Positions 12,641-26,500 of a DNA stretch of 64,000 bases are shown here, in pieces. Origin of the DNA: Octopus sinensis (Eukaryota). The notes below the pieces were generated by a model. The model was not told where the DNA came from. It searched no databases and saw only the letters and a program-made list of their open reading frames with translations. Within the stretch, counting starts at the first letter, position 1, and the number at the start of each line of letters is the position of its first letter. The translations under genes and the position numbers were made by a program. The stretch lies in the NCBI RefSeq assembly GCF_006345805.1, contig NC_043005.1, positions 744,001 to 808,000 of the forward strand, given 5' to 3'.

Positions 12641-13344
12641 CAATATAGATTCTATTATGCACTCTTCATTCAGTGAATTTAATGTCCAAGGGCTCAACAA
12701 ATGCTAACATCTTTTACCATTTTTTAATACAAATTTAAACAGCATCCCTCGTTTCTCTCTAGATTAGAAGTCGTCCTATTTTCATCTTGAATCTCTGCTT
12801 TACTTGAAATATTGCTAGTCATCCATTTGTTGTAACAGTTGTTATCACATTTATACCATTTTTAGCAACAGGAATTCCTCAGGGACTTTCAACCCCTGCG
12901 CTTTTACTGTTGCCAACATTTAACCCTCATTCTTTCATGTCTTTACATCACTACATGCTATGTCTTTAGTCTTTGCTACATCAATCTTCAACAGTATGTA
13001 TGATTATTCATTATTCATTGAAAGGCAAACACATACAGAATGAATGAACTGTTACATATTACAAGTAACTAGTGCAGTGCTTCTCAAACTGGGAGCTGCC
13101 AACCCTCAGGGATTTTATACCAGTGCTGGGGATACAGGGAGCAATGAGGTGGAAGGCAGAAGTACAAATATCTGTATAGATGCAGTTTACTTATATTCAT
13201 GTAGATTTTTAGTTTCATTATTTGTGTCAATCATCCAGTAATGATGTTTAATGGCCAAAATGCTCTTTTTCACATTCCATACAATAGCAATGGAATATCT
13301 ATAAGTAAAACTGGTGGGGCTTTATTTTAAAGGTGATCAGCCTG

Positions 13345-13650
13345 TTGGTGTGTGGCTTCATGGTTTGGGATATTCAGCTCATGATCTTAAGGTAAGGAGT
13401 TTCATTCTAAGCAGTGGGATGTCTTCTTGAACAAGACCCTTCATTTCCCATTGCTGCATTTCATGCAGTTGAGAAAAATGAATTGTCATCCAAAGGGCCC
13501 AGCCATGTCACATCTAGAGTGTCATGCAGAATCTCCCTGGGAATTACATTAAGGGTACACATCTCTGTGGAATACTCAGCCACTAACATGTTATGCTCAC
13601 AAGCAGGCTGATCAGTTGATCAGATCCTCTGGAACAGTTGTCATTGTAGA
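13345..13650 (+). mobile_element. tRNA/CORE-type SINE, family C, old copy
   Basis: Degenerate tRNA head and a CORE-like GTCTTCTTGAACAAGAC block. The body matches 34910-35085 and 46840-47125 in reverse. Confidence 0.55.
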
Positions 13651-15949
13651 GAGCCAGGCCAGGCTGTCTACAGCAGTTTTTAGGGGTGTATTTAATTTTG
13701 TTGGAGCTTAACAAGGGAAGTGAGGACATTGAAAAAATGTCGGTAAAAGACAGAGAGGGTTATAGTAAAGAACATTTGAGAAGCACTGGTTCAATCTGTA
13801 ACCACACCAGAATATGTGACATTAACAAATAAAACAAGACTTGGTTAAATTTTAATTTTAACTGATTTGATAAGAATCTTCTTATTTTTAAATAAAATAT
13901 CTGAGATGAGTTCTTTGTTGGAATTTGCACAATTCTATTAAAATACACATATTATATTATATTATATTATATTATATTATATTAAAATAGTTTTCCATAA
14001 TTTCAACTTGAAGTTAGTCCTAAAATATTATTTGTAAATATTCAAATTTTTAATATGATCAAATATGAACATCAGTCTTGAAATGTTTGACTTGACATAA
14101 ATAAAATGGAATCTGTTAGTCTACCACACCATCACATTGAAGAATTAAAAATACTAAGAAAATACTCCTGAAGATGTTTATAATAAGCTATTGGTAGGTT
14201 CTCAAGAAATTGTCTTATCTTAGCACTTCATGTTTAGATTCTATTTGAGACAAATGAGAATAAATATTTAAAAAATACTGAATATAAAAAAAAACCCAAA
14301 TACACAGAAATGTGGAAAATATTTTTTAAATCCTTGATTTTATAATGTCTGAATGTAAATGTGGTTGGCTATAGTGACCCTTTTTAAATACACCTCCAGT
14401 AAAAGACATCAGCTGACCCAAAAATGACACCAGACATAAATTGAATCATTTTATCCAGGGACACTTAAAAAAAAAAAAGTGAAATTTTTAATATTCAACA
14501 ACATCCAACAAACAATACTACCAAAATAAAAACAAAAGTTTAGATTAAATCTAAGCAATGATGGGTAAAAAACTCCCATGGGGCAATGAGTTGGGCTGGA
14601 ATAATAAAGAATTCCATAATTTTATTTACAAAATATTTGCAAAGATTAGAATTATGGTATAAATTCCTGTCTTAAGTCGAACTTCCATCCTTCACCTTTG
14701 TTGTTCCCTTCTCGAAGACTAAACATTAATTTCTGTACAAGCAGCGCTGGTGTTTGCGAATTTGCGTCTCCTCAACGTCTCTTCCAAAGCTTTCAGCCTG
14801 CTTAAACACCGGGCTTAACATTCATTGGTTTATTTATTTATATTTATATATTTTTTACTTATATTTATACATTGTTTTTTTTTACTTTATATATTAGTAA
14901 TAAATAATAACTAGAGATTAAATATACACACCAACAAAGATTCTATAGAAAATATCCATTCTACATACATGTATACATCTAAGTAAATATACACACCATC
15001 GTTATACATTCACACTTTCTCATAAATACCTGGGGACTCGTTAAAATTCTTTCCATATCCAATTTTTAAATAGCATTGTTTGTTTAGTTTTGTTCCTTTC
15101 TTTTTGTGTTTTTTTCTTTTAATCAAAAGTGGAACTGACTTATGATTCTGTTTGCGTTGTATTAATTGTATTATGTTAATGATGATGAAGATGATGATGA
15201 TGATGTCAGTTGAAAACTAATATTATACAACACCAGGCAGGATCAATGGACAACCAGTTCATTTTTTGACAAAATACAAATGACTTTTAAGAATTGAAAA
15301 TGAAGAAATTTAACTAAAAAAAAAAAGACTCTGGGAAGGGATTGAAACATTCACACAAAATAGAGATGGAATATTTAGGAGAAATAATGAAATTTTGAAG
15401 TAGAATTTAAAAACCACATAAAAACAACAGCAAATTAGAAAGAGAAAATTATTAAAAATACATCAGAGCCAAGTTTTTCATATTGTATGCTTCTAACAAG
15501 ACTGAGCTCTTGTGTGTGTGTATGTGTGTATGTCTATACACACACATACAAAGAGGAAGAGAGGGAATGAGACAAAGTTGGAGAAAGAGAGAGAATACAC
15601 ATGCAACTCAAATGTTGTCTACACCTTCTTATTTATGTTTGAGAATTTAAAAAGTGAAGTTGTGACATCTATGCCTTTCTTGTTGCTGGAGCATTAATAA
15701 AAAAAAAAGCTAAAATGAATAGCATTCTGGTAGGAATTGAAACTACAGCCACTGATTCATCTTGTCAGAAGCATACTTATTTTATATCAACATAAATAAC
15801 TATTTCTGTACTGAATATTAAAATTAGCAGAAAAAAATTAAGATGAAAATGTTAAAATTTAAAGAAATTAATAAATTTGTAAAGAAAAGTTGTTATTAAT
15901 TAAGTTGGAACATAAAAATACACATTCCCTATATTTTTTAGGAATAGAA

Positions 15950-16139
15950 AACCCTTTAGCCACGTCAGGTCCAAATATTCTGTCCATTCTACATTCAAAT
16001 CAACCGGATCTGACCTCTCACACCTATCCAACAAAGTCATTCTAAAAATAAACAATCACGTCATTGAAATCCTGAGGCTCTAAGACAATGTGAGTCATAA
16101 GCATCACATCTGAGAGAGTAAACTGATTGCTAAAGGGTT
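15950..16139. mobile_element. piggyBac-like MITE
   Basis: Terminal inverted repeats AACCCTTTAGC (15950-15960) and GCTAAAGGGTT (16129-16139). CCC/GGG ends with a degenerate TTAA context. Confidence 0.55.
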
Positions 16140-17167
16140 CAGTAAATATAGGGAGTCAAAATATCAAAACAAATGTCTTTGTCAACTTTTTTGTGCCTTT
16201 AAGAAACATAAAAAAGAATTCTAGAAAAAGTTGCAATGGGCAAATTGCTTGTTTTTCTCTCTTCTCTTTGATTATACAAATAATATGAGTTAATAAATGG
16301 AAGGTGGTGAATAATGGTGACTGCCAGAATCATAAAAGTGTTGGGGAAAATGCCTTGTGGTGTTTCTTTCAGCTCTGTACATTCCGGGTTCAAATGATCC
16401 CATTGTTCATGAATGTTAAACGAATAATGGTAAAACATCCTTTTTTGACCAGAAAATAAGAAAAAGACATATACAATGGTACATTATCTCCTTGTTAATA
16501 TATATATACATATATAAACACACACACAGGTGACAATGCATTGAAATGAAAATTGATAAGTGCATATCTATACATAAACACACACACAAACATATATGTT
16601 ATGCACATATACATTATACATAAATATATGTGTGTGCGTATGTATGTATATTGAACATTTCTTGTGTGTATATGCCATACATATATAAACTACACAAGTA
16701 CGGAACCCTATTTGGTTTACATGTCAATATTGTAAAACAGTTTCATAAAAATGATTGAAGGGAAATAACTCAAGTGGGCCACTATTAGAGATTTAGAATA
16801 CTCAGGTGTTGACGTATAGAATGGCTGTTGCAAACAAGTTTTAAAATATTTTACCTCTTAGTTGGAGAAGAAAAACAAAAATCTAATGATAATAATTATT
16901 AGTGATTCTCGGTGAAATGGGGAGATCATTTCAGGAAATTATGAATTAATTTCATAGAAAATTGAACTTTCTTGGTGAGGGGTAAAATTCCAATCATTGT
17001 CAGCAAACAAAGGGTCAGCTTTGGTCTTTGTAAGGCTTTGTCAGTAAACTGTAATCTTCTCAAGCAACATAACTGAATTTTATTTAACATTAACAACAAA
17101 TAAATAAATTAAATTGAAATCTTTTGTTTAGAGTAGAGAGTAATAAAGTTATTTAGTAACAGGAACA

Positions 17168-17270
17168 CAAATATGTATATGTATATATATATACAAATGT
17201 ATATATATATACAAATGTATATATATATATACAAATGTATATATATATATACAAATGTATATATATATAT
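17168..17270. repeat. ~20-bp minisatellite ACAAATGTATATATATATAT, about 5 units
   Basis: Seen directly. Confidence 0.9.
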
Positions 17271-17377
17271 TTGTTTTTATGTTCATTTGTAAAAAAAAAA
17301 ACAATTTTAAATTAATCTGATGGATTACTCTGTACTTTTGTAGAGTACAAATTTAGCATTTTTAAACAAAAAATATT

Positions 17378-17591
17378 CTTTTCTACTCTAGGCACAAGGC
17401 CCGAAATTTTGGGGGAGGGGACCAGTCAATTAGATCAACCCCAGTACACAACTGGTATTTAATTTATCGACCCCGAAAGGATAAAAGGCAAAGTCAACCT
17501 TGGTGGAATTTGAACTCAGAACGTAAAGACAGACAAAATACCGCAAAGCATTTCACCCAGCATGTTAACGTTTCTGCCAGCTCACTGCCTT
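17378..17591 (-). mobile_element. SINE family A with an approximate target-site duplication
   Basis: Full head-to-tail match, flanked by AAACAAAAA(A)TATT on both sides. Confidence 0.88.
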
Positions 17592-18402
17592 TTGAAACAA
17601 AAATATTATAGACAGTGACCTCGAAGTTTTGGCCAATTGCGCCATTACTTGATGGCTCAGTTGGCTGAAACACCAAAGTCACTGTCAATAATACTCTTTT
17701 ATAAGAACAATATATTTATATATATATATATTGTGTGTGTGTGTTATTTCATATACAGGGCCAGACAAAAGCCAACTACTGCCCCAACCACAGCCCAATA
17801 ATGGTAAGCACCACCCTCAATTCTTCTAATGTCTGTTTGTCGTAATAAAAAGCTAAAGTGATTTCATCCAGGTCATTAAATATAATCCTAATTTTTTGTT
17901 ATAATTCTATTTATTTAACACTAACGAATGACATAAACAAATTATGTTCTGGTAATTAGGAAAAAAAAACTTTTTTCTTTTACTAAAATGTAGTTTTTTA
18001 AAGTTATAAGAGAAGAATACAAATAACCAATTATTGGAAGAAATTCTATAGAAATTCATCAATCTTCTAATAAAGAAATATTGTTATTTCCAAGAACAAA
18101 AACCTCTTTTATTCCACTGGTCTTTCCTATTAAAGAAGTTACTTTCTAATCTTGTTTTAAAAAGTTTATCTCTACAGATTTTCGATAGAATTCAGAGCCA
18201 GAACTGAAAGTTACAACGTTTCATATACGAATACATCTATGTAAACAATGTGGTCAAAGATAGGAAAATAGGTGAGGGGTGGACATGCATCGATCAGGAG
18301 ACCGCTTGCTCCTTCTTTAGCATCACATCCGACCCATCAACCATCCACGAACACATTGCTTAAAAAAACCCCACTGCTTTTAGCAAAGTAGTGAATAGAC
18401 CT

Positions 18403-18576
18403 TATTTACAATTGACAATTATTTACATTATTTACATTATTTACATTTGACGGATATTTGCCCTCATCTTGTTTGTTGTTAACACAACATTTCGGCTGAT
18501 ATATCCTCCAGCCTTCATCAGGTGTCTTGGGGAAATTTCAAACCTGGGTTCTCATTCCTAAGGTATTTTTCAATGC

Positions 18577-18620
<44 letters not shown>

Positions 18621-18919
18621 GCCCATGGATATATGGTGTAGTGGTCAAGAGCGCAGGCTACTAACCCCAAGATTCCGAGTTCAATTCCAGGCAGTGGCCT
18701 GAATAATAATAATAATAATAATAACATCGAAAAATACCTCAGGAATGAGAACCCAGGTTCGAAATTTCCCCAAAACACGTGATGAAGGCTGGAGGGTATA
18801 TCAGCCAAAATGTTGTGTTAACAACAAACAAGATGAGGACAAATATCCGTCAAATGTAAATAATGTAAATAATGTAAATAATGTAAATAATTCCTCACCT
18901 CTTGAATATAGATCTGTAT
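18403..18919 (+). mobile_element. tRNA-headed, hammerhead-containing short element with an inverted partial copy and 11-bp TSD
   Basis: Inverted arms ~18418-18600 and ~18702-18892. The central tRNA-like head has an A box TGGTGTAGTGG (18634-18644) and a B box GAGTTCAATTCC (18677-18688). TGAATAGACCT is duplicated at 18392-18402 and 18920-18930. Confidence 0.8.
18482..18526 (-). ncRNA. Minimal type I hammerhead motif (partly decayed)
   Basis: Reverse complement reads ACAC-CTGATGA-A-GGCTG(GAGGATATAT)CAGCC-GAAA-TGTT-GTGT. Stem I is ACAC/GTGT and stem II is GGCTG/CAGCC. The plus-strand twin at ~18775-18818 has core mutations (GTGATGA, AAAA). Confidence 0.65.
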
Positions 18920-19476
18920 TGAATAGACCTGTTTTACATGTTGAGCACATTTCTGGCAACTGATATAATAATAATTACTTGTACATACTTATTAATTGCT
19001 CAATATAAAACACTTTCTTGGTACCAACCCACATATGACCACCCAACCTGGTTCTAGGATACAAACTTCCTGTTTTAAAGTGATCGAAATTAAAATCTTT
19101 CATTAAAATTAATTTATTTAATTAATTTATGATCCAAACACCAACTTAAAAATGATTAAGTTATTTTATTTAAATTTTCCATTGTTTTCAAAATTAATTG
19201 AAACAAGGACAGAAGAAATAAAAGGTAGCCAAAGGGTTAAGCCCTTTTGTTAGGGGAACCATTTGAAATGCTTATTAAATGTGGATGGAAGAGTGTGACA
19301 TCCAGGAATTGAACTTTGAGCATCGCAACTGAATGGCTTATTCTTTAGCTGCATCTCACAGTAATCTGGATTATCTCTTATTATCCCACCAATGACTGCA
19401 TTTCAACACTAAACAAAGCTTGTTTAAGGAAACCTGGATATGGATTAAAAACCACCAGTTATCACACACACACATG

Positions 19477-19511
<35 letters not shown>

Positions 19512-20847
19512 GCACACACACACAAACAACACCACACACACACACATGCACACACACACAAACACACACACACACACACACATGCACACACACGTGCGTT
19601 AAAATAAACATTTTATTTTATTTTAAAACAAATTTAATATTCTATTATATGTAGTAAATTTTCAGACTTCTACAATACTTTTAAAAATGTTCTTCTTGTT
19701 ATTATTATAATCATTATTACTTAATGAATAAGACAATAGGAAAAAAAAAAAAGAACAGATATCAAACACACAATCACAAAAATAGAATTTACACTAATCT
19801 ATGGCTCCTACTCGTTATTTGACTCTATCCTCTTTAATAATCCATCATAATTAACTGCAACATAGTAAATATATGGATATGCAATATATATATATAGACA
19901 AATTCATTTATTCATGCACACACACACACACACACACGTATATATAAAACGAATACAAACATACGCACCTGCGCGTGTATAAAATATAAAATGCCCTATA
20001 TATATTACAGGAAGTGTATATATTTTATATGCTTACACATACATTAATCTTTAAACCTAGAAATAATCATCACTCACATTAGTGAAGGAAAAAAAATAGG
20101 GAAAAACAACCAGACGAAGCCCTCATTGTTGTCATGGTGATACTTTTTTAGTGGGGAAAAAATAGGATGTATTTTTTGCTGCCATTTGATGAGAAAAAAA
20201 GAAAATAGGATCTTTTTTGCTTTTTATTTCATTTTAGTTTAATTTTTTTTCTTTTTTTCTTCCTTTTTTGAAAGTTTCAGGAGAATAATTTGAGAGACGA
20301 CATCTTTGACAAGAATTTAAACCAGGAAGTGAAGCCATGATTGTTGAACTTGTCAAAAATAACAGCCAAATCTCCCTCAAATCATACTTTACCATCTTAA
20401 ATATGGTAGGCTACATTAGATAATATAGTTCCTAAAATACAAACAGATGGAATAGCCATGGGTGGAACATCTTTGATTGTAGGTCTGCTCAACCAGGGCT
20501 GATCTGGAACTAAATATCTAGAAGACCCAGCCAACACCCATGAGCAAGTATGGTTGGGTGATATGTACCAAGGTTTTGTTAATTGTTTCAGGTACCTCAG
20601 TTGATTTAGACACAGTCTCAGCCACACCAATCTTTGACTTAGCTCCCACATCCAGGGTGTTAGAATTGGAAGTGGGGAGGGACAGAGCCTAACCAGCTTT
20701 AGACTGACATAAAATGAAGTGACTTGCTCATGGAGACTCTCCACCAGCCAGTCCAGAGATTGAACCCATGATATTATGATCAATAGCCAAGCACCATAAC
20801 CACTAGCCCACATGCCTTTGCAAATTAAACAACTACAATAATAATGA

Positions 20848-21064
20848 TTTCAAATTTTTGGCATAAGGCTAGTAATTTCATGTGAGGGGACAAGCTGATT
20901 ACATCACTGTCCCCCAATACACAACTGGTACCTATTTTATCAACCCCAGAAGGATGAAAGGCAAAGTCACCCTCAGCAGAATTTGAACTCAGAATGTGAA
21001 GATGGAGGAAATGCTGCTAAGCATTTTGCCTGGCATGCTAACCATTCTGCCAGCTGGCCACCTT
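20848..21064 (-). mobile_element. SINE family A, CpG-decayed
   Basis: GGATGAAAGGCAAAGTCACCCTCAGCAGAATTTGAACTCAGAA...CCAGCTGGCCACCTT. Confidence 0.8.
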
Positions 21065-21140
21065 AACAATAATAATAATATAATAATAATAATAATAATA
21101 ATAACAACAACAACAACAACAACACAACAACAACAACAAC

Positions 21141-21181
<41 letters not shown>

Positions 21182-21240
21182 CAACAACAACATAACAACA
21201 ACAACAACAAAAATAATAATAATAATAATAATAATAATAT

Positions 21241-21271
<31 letters not shown>

Positions 21272-21395
21272 TAATAACAATAATAACAACAACAACAACA
21301 ACAACAACAATAATAATAATGATAATAATAATAATAATTATAATAATAATAATAATAATAATAACAATAACAACAATAATAACAAAAACAACAAC

Positions 21396-21442
<47 letters not shown>

Positions 21443-21446
21443 TAAT

Positions 21447-21496
<50 letters not shown>

Positions 21497-21602
21497 CAAT
21501 AATAACAACAACAACAACAATAATAATAATAATAATAATAATGATAATAATAATAATAATTATAATAATAATAATAATAATAATAACAATAACAACAACA
21601 AC
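21065..21602. repeat. (AAT/AAC)n microsatellite, ~540 bp
   Basis: Seen directly. Confidence 0.98.
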
Positions 21603-23045
21603 ATGTGTCTGTTGAGGACTTTGTGGGTTTTCAAGGGTCAGAAGAAAGAAAATGTTCACAGAAAATTTGTTGCAGGGTCACCAGAAGGATTCAAAGACTT
21701 GAGGTGACCCCAAAAAAGGAACCTTCATCTCCCATTCAGAGCATCATTTCCTCTTGTACCCTAATCTCTTCTGCATGGCCAAGGGGCTACCCTCTCCCCA
21801 CCTCTGTATCAATCTTCTATAGTTTGTAAGAAAAAGGGAGAACAAAGCCAAAGTCACTGTCAGCAACCTCAGTAGTGTTTTACTTCCTTCTATCCATCCA
21901 TGGCCACTCCCACAGAATTATTTTCGTAAAGTTTTACATAGGCAGAAGGCCAGACATTATAATTAGGGATGTTGTTAATCAAACAACCGTCAGTGCTCGG
22001 TTGGTATTTATGTTATCAGACCCGGGAAGGGTGAAAGACATAATTAGATCCCAACAGGATTTGAACTTAAAACACAGAAGATGTTACTATGCATCTTGAT
22101 TGTTGCTCTACTGATTCTGCCATCATGTCCAGATTTCATACATTTTCTGGGGAGGTTTTAGTCTCTTTAATTAATGCCAGGACTTAATTGGTCTGTTACT
22201 TCATCAACCAAAGTTGATGGATTGGCAGTCTTGTTAAAGCATGGGGGGGGGGGAGAAATGACTGCAGTATTTAGTTATGACTCCTCAGATAGTGAGTTCA
22301 AATCCTGCCAAGGTTGTCGTTGTCTTTCATCCTTCCTGGGGTTGAGAAAATAAAGTATTTATCAAATAACGAGGGTGATTTAATACTCCTGTAAGGCATC
22401 CCAAATGTAAATGGAATCATAATAGCCAACAACCCTTGGAAGGATGAAAAGCCAAGGTGGCTTTGGAGGGATTTGAACTGAAGACATAAAGCAGTATAAG
22501 TGAAATAGTGGAAACGCCTTTATCCACTGCTCCAACTAATTCTAGCCATCCACTACACTCGGCTAAATATAATTTTATAATGATTGTTACAAGCAGAAAT
22601 AACAACAGCAATAACAATAACAATTATAAAAATAACAACAAAAACAACAAGTGTTATTAAAGATTTCTTTTGACCAGGTGAAGGCCCAGCTTTGAAAGGG
22701 AAAAGGGTCGAATGGATTAAGTCAAAGGGGTCGAATGGATTAAGTCAAACTTGCATTATATTTGATAAATTGACACCAGGTATACACCTTGTCTGGTTCA
22801 CTAAAAGCTTTTTTATCTGCGCTAAACTGTAAGAAGCATAAAGATGAAACAACGAGACGGAAGTTTCGGATGACAAAAAAAGATTTTGGGAAAAGAATAA
22901 CAGCAACAAAAAAGAAAAAAAAATGAAAAGAAAAGAATGCGGAAATGTTTTGGGGATTCATTTTTTAGTTAAATAACTTATTTTGGGGAAATAATTCTTT
23001 AAAGTTGATATGAGGTTTTAGTTTACTAGTATATATACCCACATA

Positions 23046-23106
<61 letters not shown>

Positions 23107-23151
23107 ATGTATGTATGTATATATGTATATATGTATGTATTTATGTATGTA

Positions 23152-23193
<42 letters not shown>

Positions 23194-24016
23194 CACACAT
23201 GCATATACATATATACATAAATATAATATATATATATACACATATACATACATAGATATAATATATGTGTGTACGTTGTGTGTGTGTGTGTCTGTACACA
23301 CACACAAACTCAAATTCATTATTAACAAATCAAGGAAGGAACCTTAAAAGAGTCCCTCAATAACTACAGAACTTGCAAGAAATAACAGCTAAATCTCTTT
23401 CAAATGACGTCCTACTATCTTAAAACAGCAAGGACACATCAGATAATGTAGTCATAGATATACTATGCCTAAAGAAAAGATAGGATGGTCATGGCCGGAA
23501 CACCTTTGATCATAAGTTTACCAGAAGAGGGGGCGGGTTAAACAACACTAACAAAAACGATAACAACTTTTGGATTTCTGAAGCAAAAATGCCAAATTTT
23601 CTTTGAAGTAAATATAAAAATATGTTTCTCTAGAAGGATTTGGTGCCTTGATTCCATTCCACGAAATTCTCTTTCCCAAAGTCTAATAAACTGATATCAA
23701 TGGAAACCATTTCCCAGCTGATGATATCCTTTCATATCAAAGGTCAAAATTCTTCCAAATGGTACAGATATCCTCAATACTAAATATAACCCAATGTTTC
23801 TAATTATGAAACAGCTGAATATCAGCTTGTGTATATATATATATATACTATATAGCAAGTATATTATATATATATATATATACACATACATACTTATATA
23901 TATATATATTATGTTATGTTATGTTATTTAGTAGGTGCTCCTCTCCCTTTAAATTAATGGAAAGTTTTTCTTTCATGTCTTTGATTAAATAATTTGGTAT
24001 TTTAATTTCATATTAA

Positions 24017-24621
24017 GTGTGTGTGTGTGTGTGTGGTGTGTGTGTGTGTGTGTGTCATGTTTTTTAAAAGTTATTTTTAACCAGTTACAAAAGTGATTGA
24101 AGAGTCAAGAATTTTGTGCACGAAACTCTCAGCCTGAGTCACTTCAGTAATTTTCTGCCAATTTAAAATAATAAAAAGAAGCATACATGCACCTGTATTG
24201 AGTTCTATCTCTTCTTTTCCCTTTACTATGCCTATGTGTATATATAGATATAGATATACATACACATACATATGTGTGTATGTGTTGTGTATGTGTATGT
24301 GTATGTCTGTTGATATAAAACGTCTTGAACACAGATCTCTGGTTTATGTCTTTCATCAAGGGAGTTCGTTTCTATGCATTTTGGTATCCTCCCCCACATT
24401 CCATACACAAACATACACGCATTGACCCCCGTCTTATCTCCATTAACCAACAAATAAATAGGTTTAATGGATTAAAACAGGGTTTACAACAGAAGAAATG
24501 CATATTTCATTAACCATGTCAGCTATTGACACACAATTATTAAGGGCCAGATTGTAAGTAGGGTACCATAAAATCAACAGAGAATGTGATGATTAATTGT
24601 GTGTGTATATATATATATATT

Positions 24622-24653
<32 letters not shown>

Positions 24654-24694
24654 ATACATATATATATTTATATATATATTTATATATATATATT

Positions 24695-24770
<76 letters not shown>

Positions 24771-24776
24771 TATATA

Positions 24777-24823
<47 letters not shown>

Positions 24824-26340
24824 TTATATACATATTTATATATATAAATATATAAGGGTATGATTGATCAGAACAGGGAGAGCTCCTGTGTAAATTTGAG
24901 GAGAGAAAAGAGAAAGGTTGTGAGATTAAGAGAAGTTGGTTGAGTAGATGGGGAGGAGGATACAGATGAGGAACCACTGAAACAATGGAAATAGTGTATG
25001 TATATATTGTATGTGTTTGTATATGTGTGAATGTATGTGTGAGAGAGAAAGAGAGAGAGAGAGAATGTGTACATGGCTGTGTCTGCTAAAATATCTTTTA
25101 ATCTAACTGAAAGTTGATCCAAGCTTGAATATCAAGCAGCTGTAAACGGTCAGAAGAATTCTGCTGTGAATTGATTCCATTGAGAACATAAACTAGATTT
25201 ATGTGTTTAGGACTCTTAAGGATTCATGGAATCTTGACAGACTCATAGAGCCTTGACTCAGCAATATTCAGCCCTGTCTTAGAAATTCTTTAAGCAGAGG
25301 AGAAAGGCTTTTGCAGAAATGAGCCCCATTCCTGTTGTGAACTGTACTCTTTTATAGAATTTCTTGTGTTTGGTCAACCATAAAAGAAGGAAAGGTTAAT
25401 TTGGCTTTGAGTGGATATGAAAACCATTTGATATTAAACCTGGGGACCCAGTGTGAAATATCTTGTTTTATGTTAAAATTCTTCGATATTTCATCAAGAG
25501 GGACTGGAAATGCCAAGAACATTATTGGAGTTTAGCCATGTCGTAGCTGGAATATATTTTCTTGATCTAAACACCTCAAAGCCAAAGAAAAAAAAAAGAA
25601 ATAATTAATTAAAATACAATAAATAAAAGAAAAGAAGGAAGAAAAAAAAGGAAAAAGGTGGCATATTGTTTAACTTTCAGGAAAATATTTGTGACAAGAA
25701 TAGGAGAGAATTAGTCTCAAAGATAAAGTGTGTGTGTGGTGCTTTCTTTGCATGTGTGTGTGTGTGGTGTGTGTGTGTGTGTCATGTTTTTTTAAAAGTT
25801 ATTTTTAACCAGTTACAAAAGTGATTGAAGAGTCAAGAATTTTGTGCACGAAACTCTCAGCCTGAGTCACTTCAGTAATTTTCTGCCAATTTAAAATAAT
25901 AAAAAGAAGCATACATGCACCTGTATTGAGTTCTATCTCTTCTTTTCCCTTTACTATGCCTATGTGTATATATAGATATAGATATACATACACATACATA
26001 TGTGTGTATGTGTTGTGTATGTGTATGTGTATGTCTGTTGATATAAAACGTCTTGAACACAGATCTCTGGTTTATGTCTTTCATCAAGGGAGTTCGTTTC
26101 TATGCATTTTGGTATCCTCCCCCACATTCCCATACACAAACATACACGCATTGACCCCCGTCTTATCTCCATTAACCAACAAATAAATAGGTTTAATGGA
26201 TTAAAACAGGGTTTACAACAGAAGAAATGCATATTTCATTAACCATGTCAGCTATTGACACACAATTATTAAGGGCCAGATTGTAAGTAGGGTACCATAA
26301 AATCAACAGAGAATGTGATGATTAATTGTGTGTGTATATA

Positions 26341-26424
<84 letters not shown>

Positions 26425-26446
26425 TATATATATATATATATTATAT

Positions 26447-26500
<54 letters not shown>

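Noticed and set aside
18621-18700. tRNA gene
   Set aside because: A and B boxes are present, but the acceptor and anticodon stems do not pair properly and it is embedded in a TSD-flanked insert. Treated as a SINE-type head; the same applies to the other SINE heads.
22788-22826. 39-nt minus-strand candidate exon (FSADKKAFSEPDK) with a fair acceptor
   Set aside because: Weak donor (GTGTAT), no recognisable homology, and its phase is incompatible with the candidate exon at 28.8 kb.
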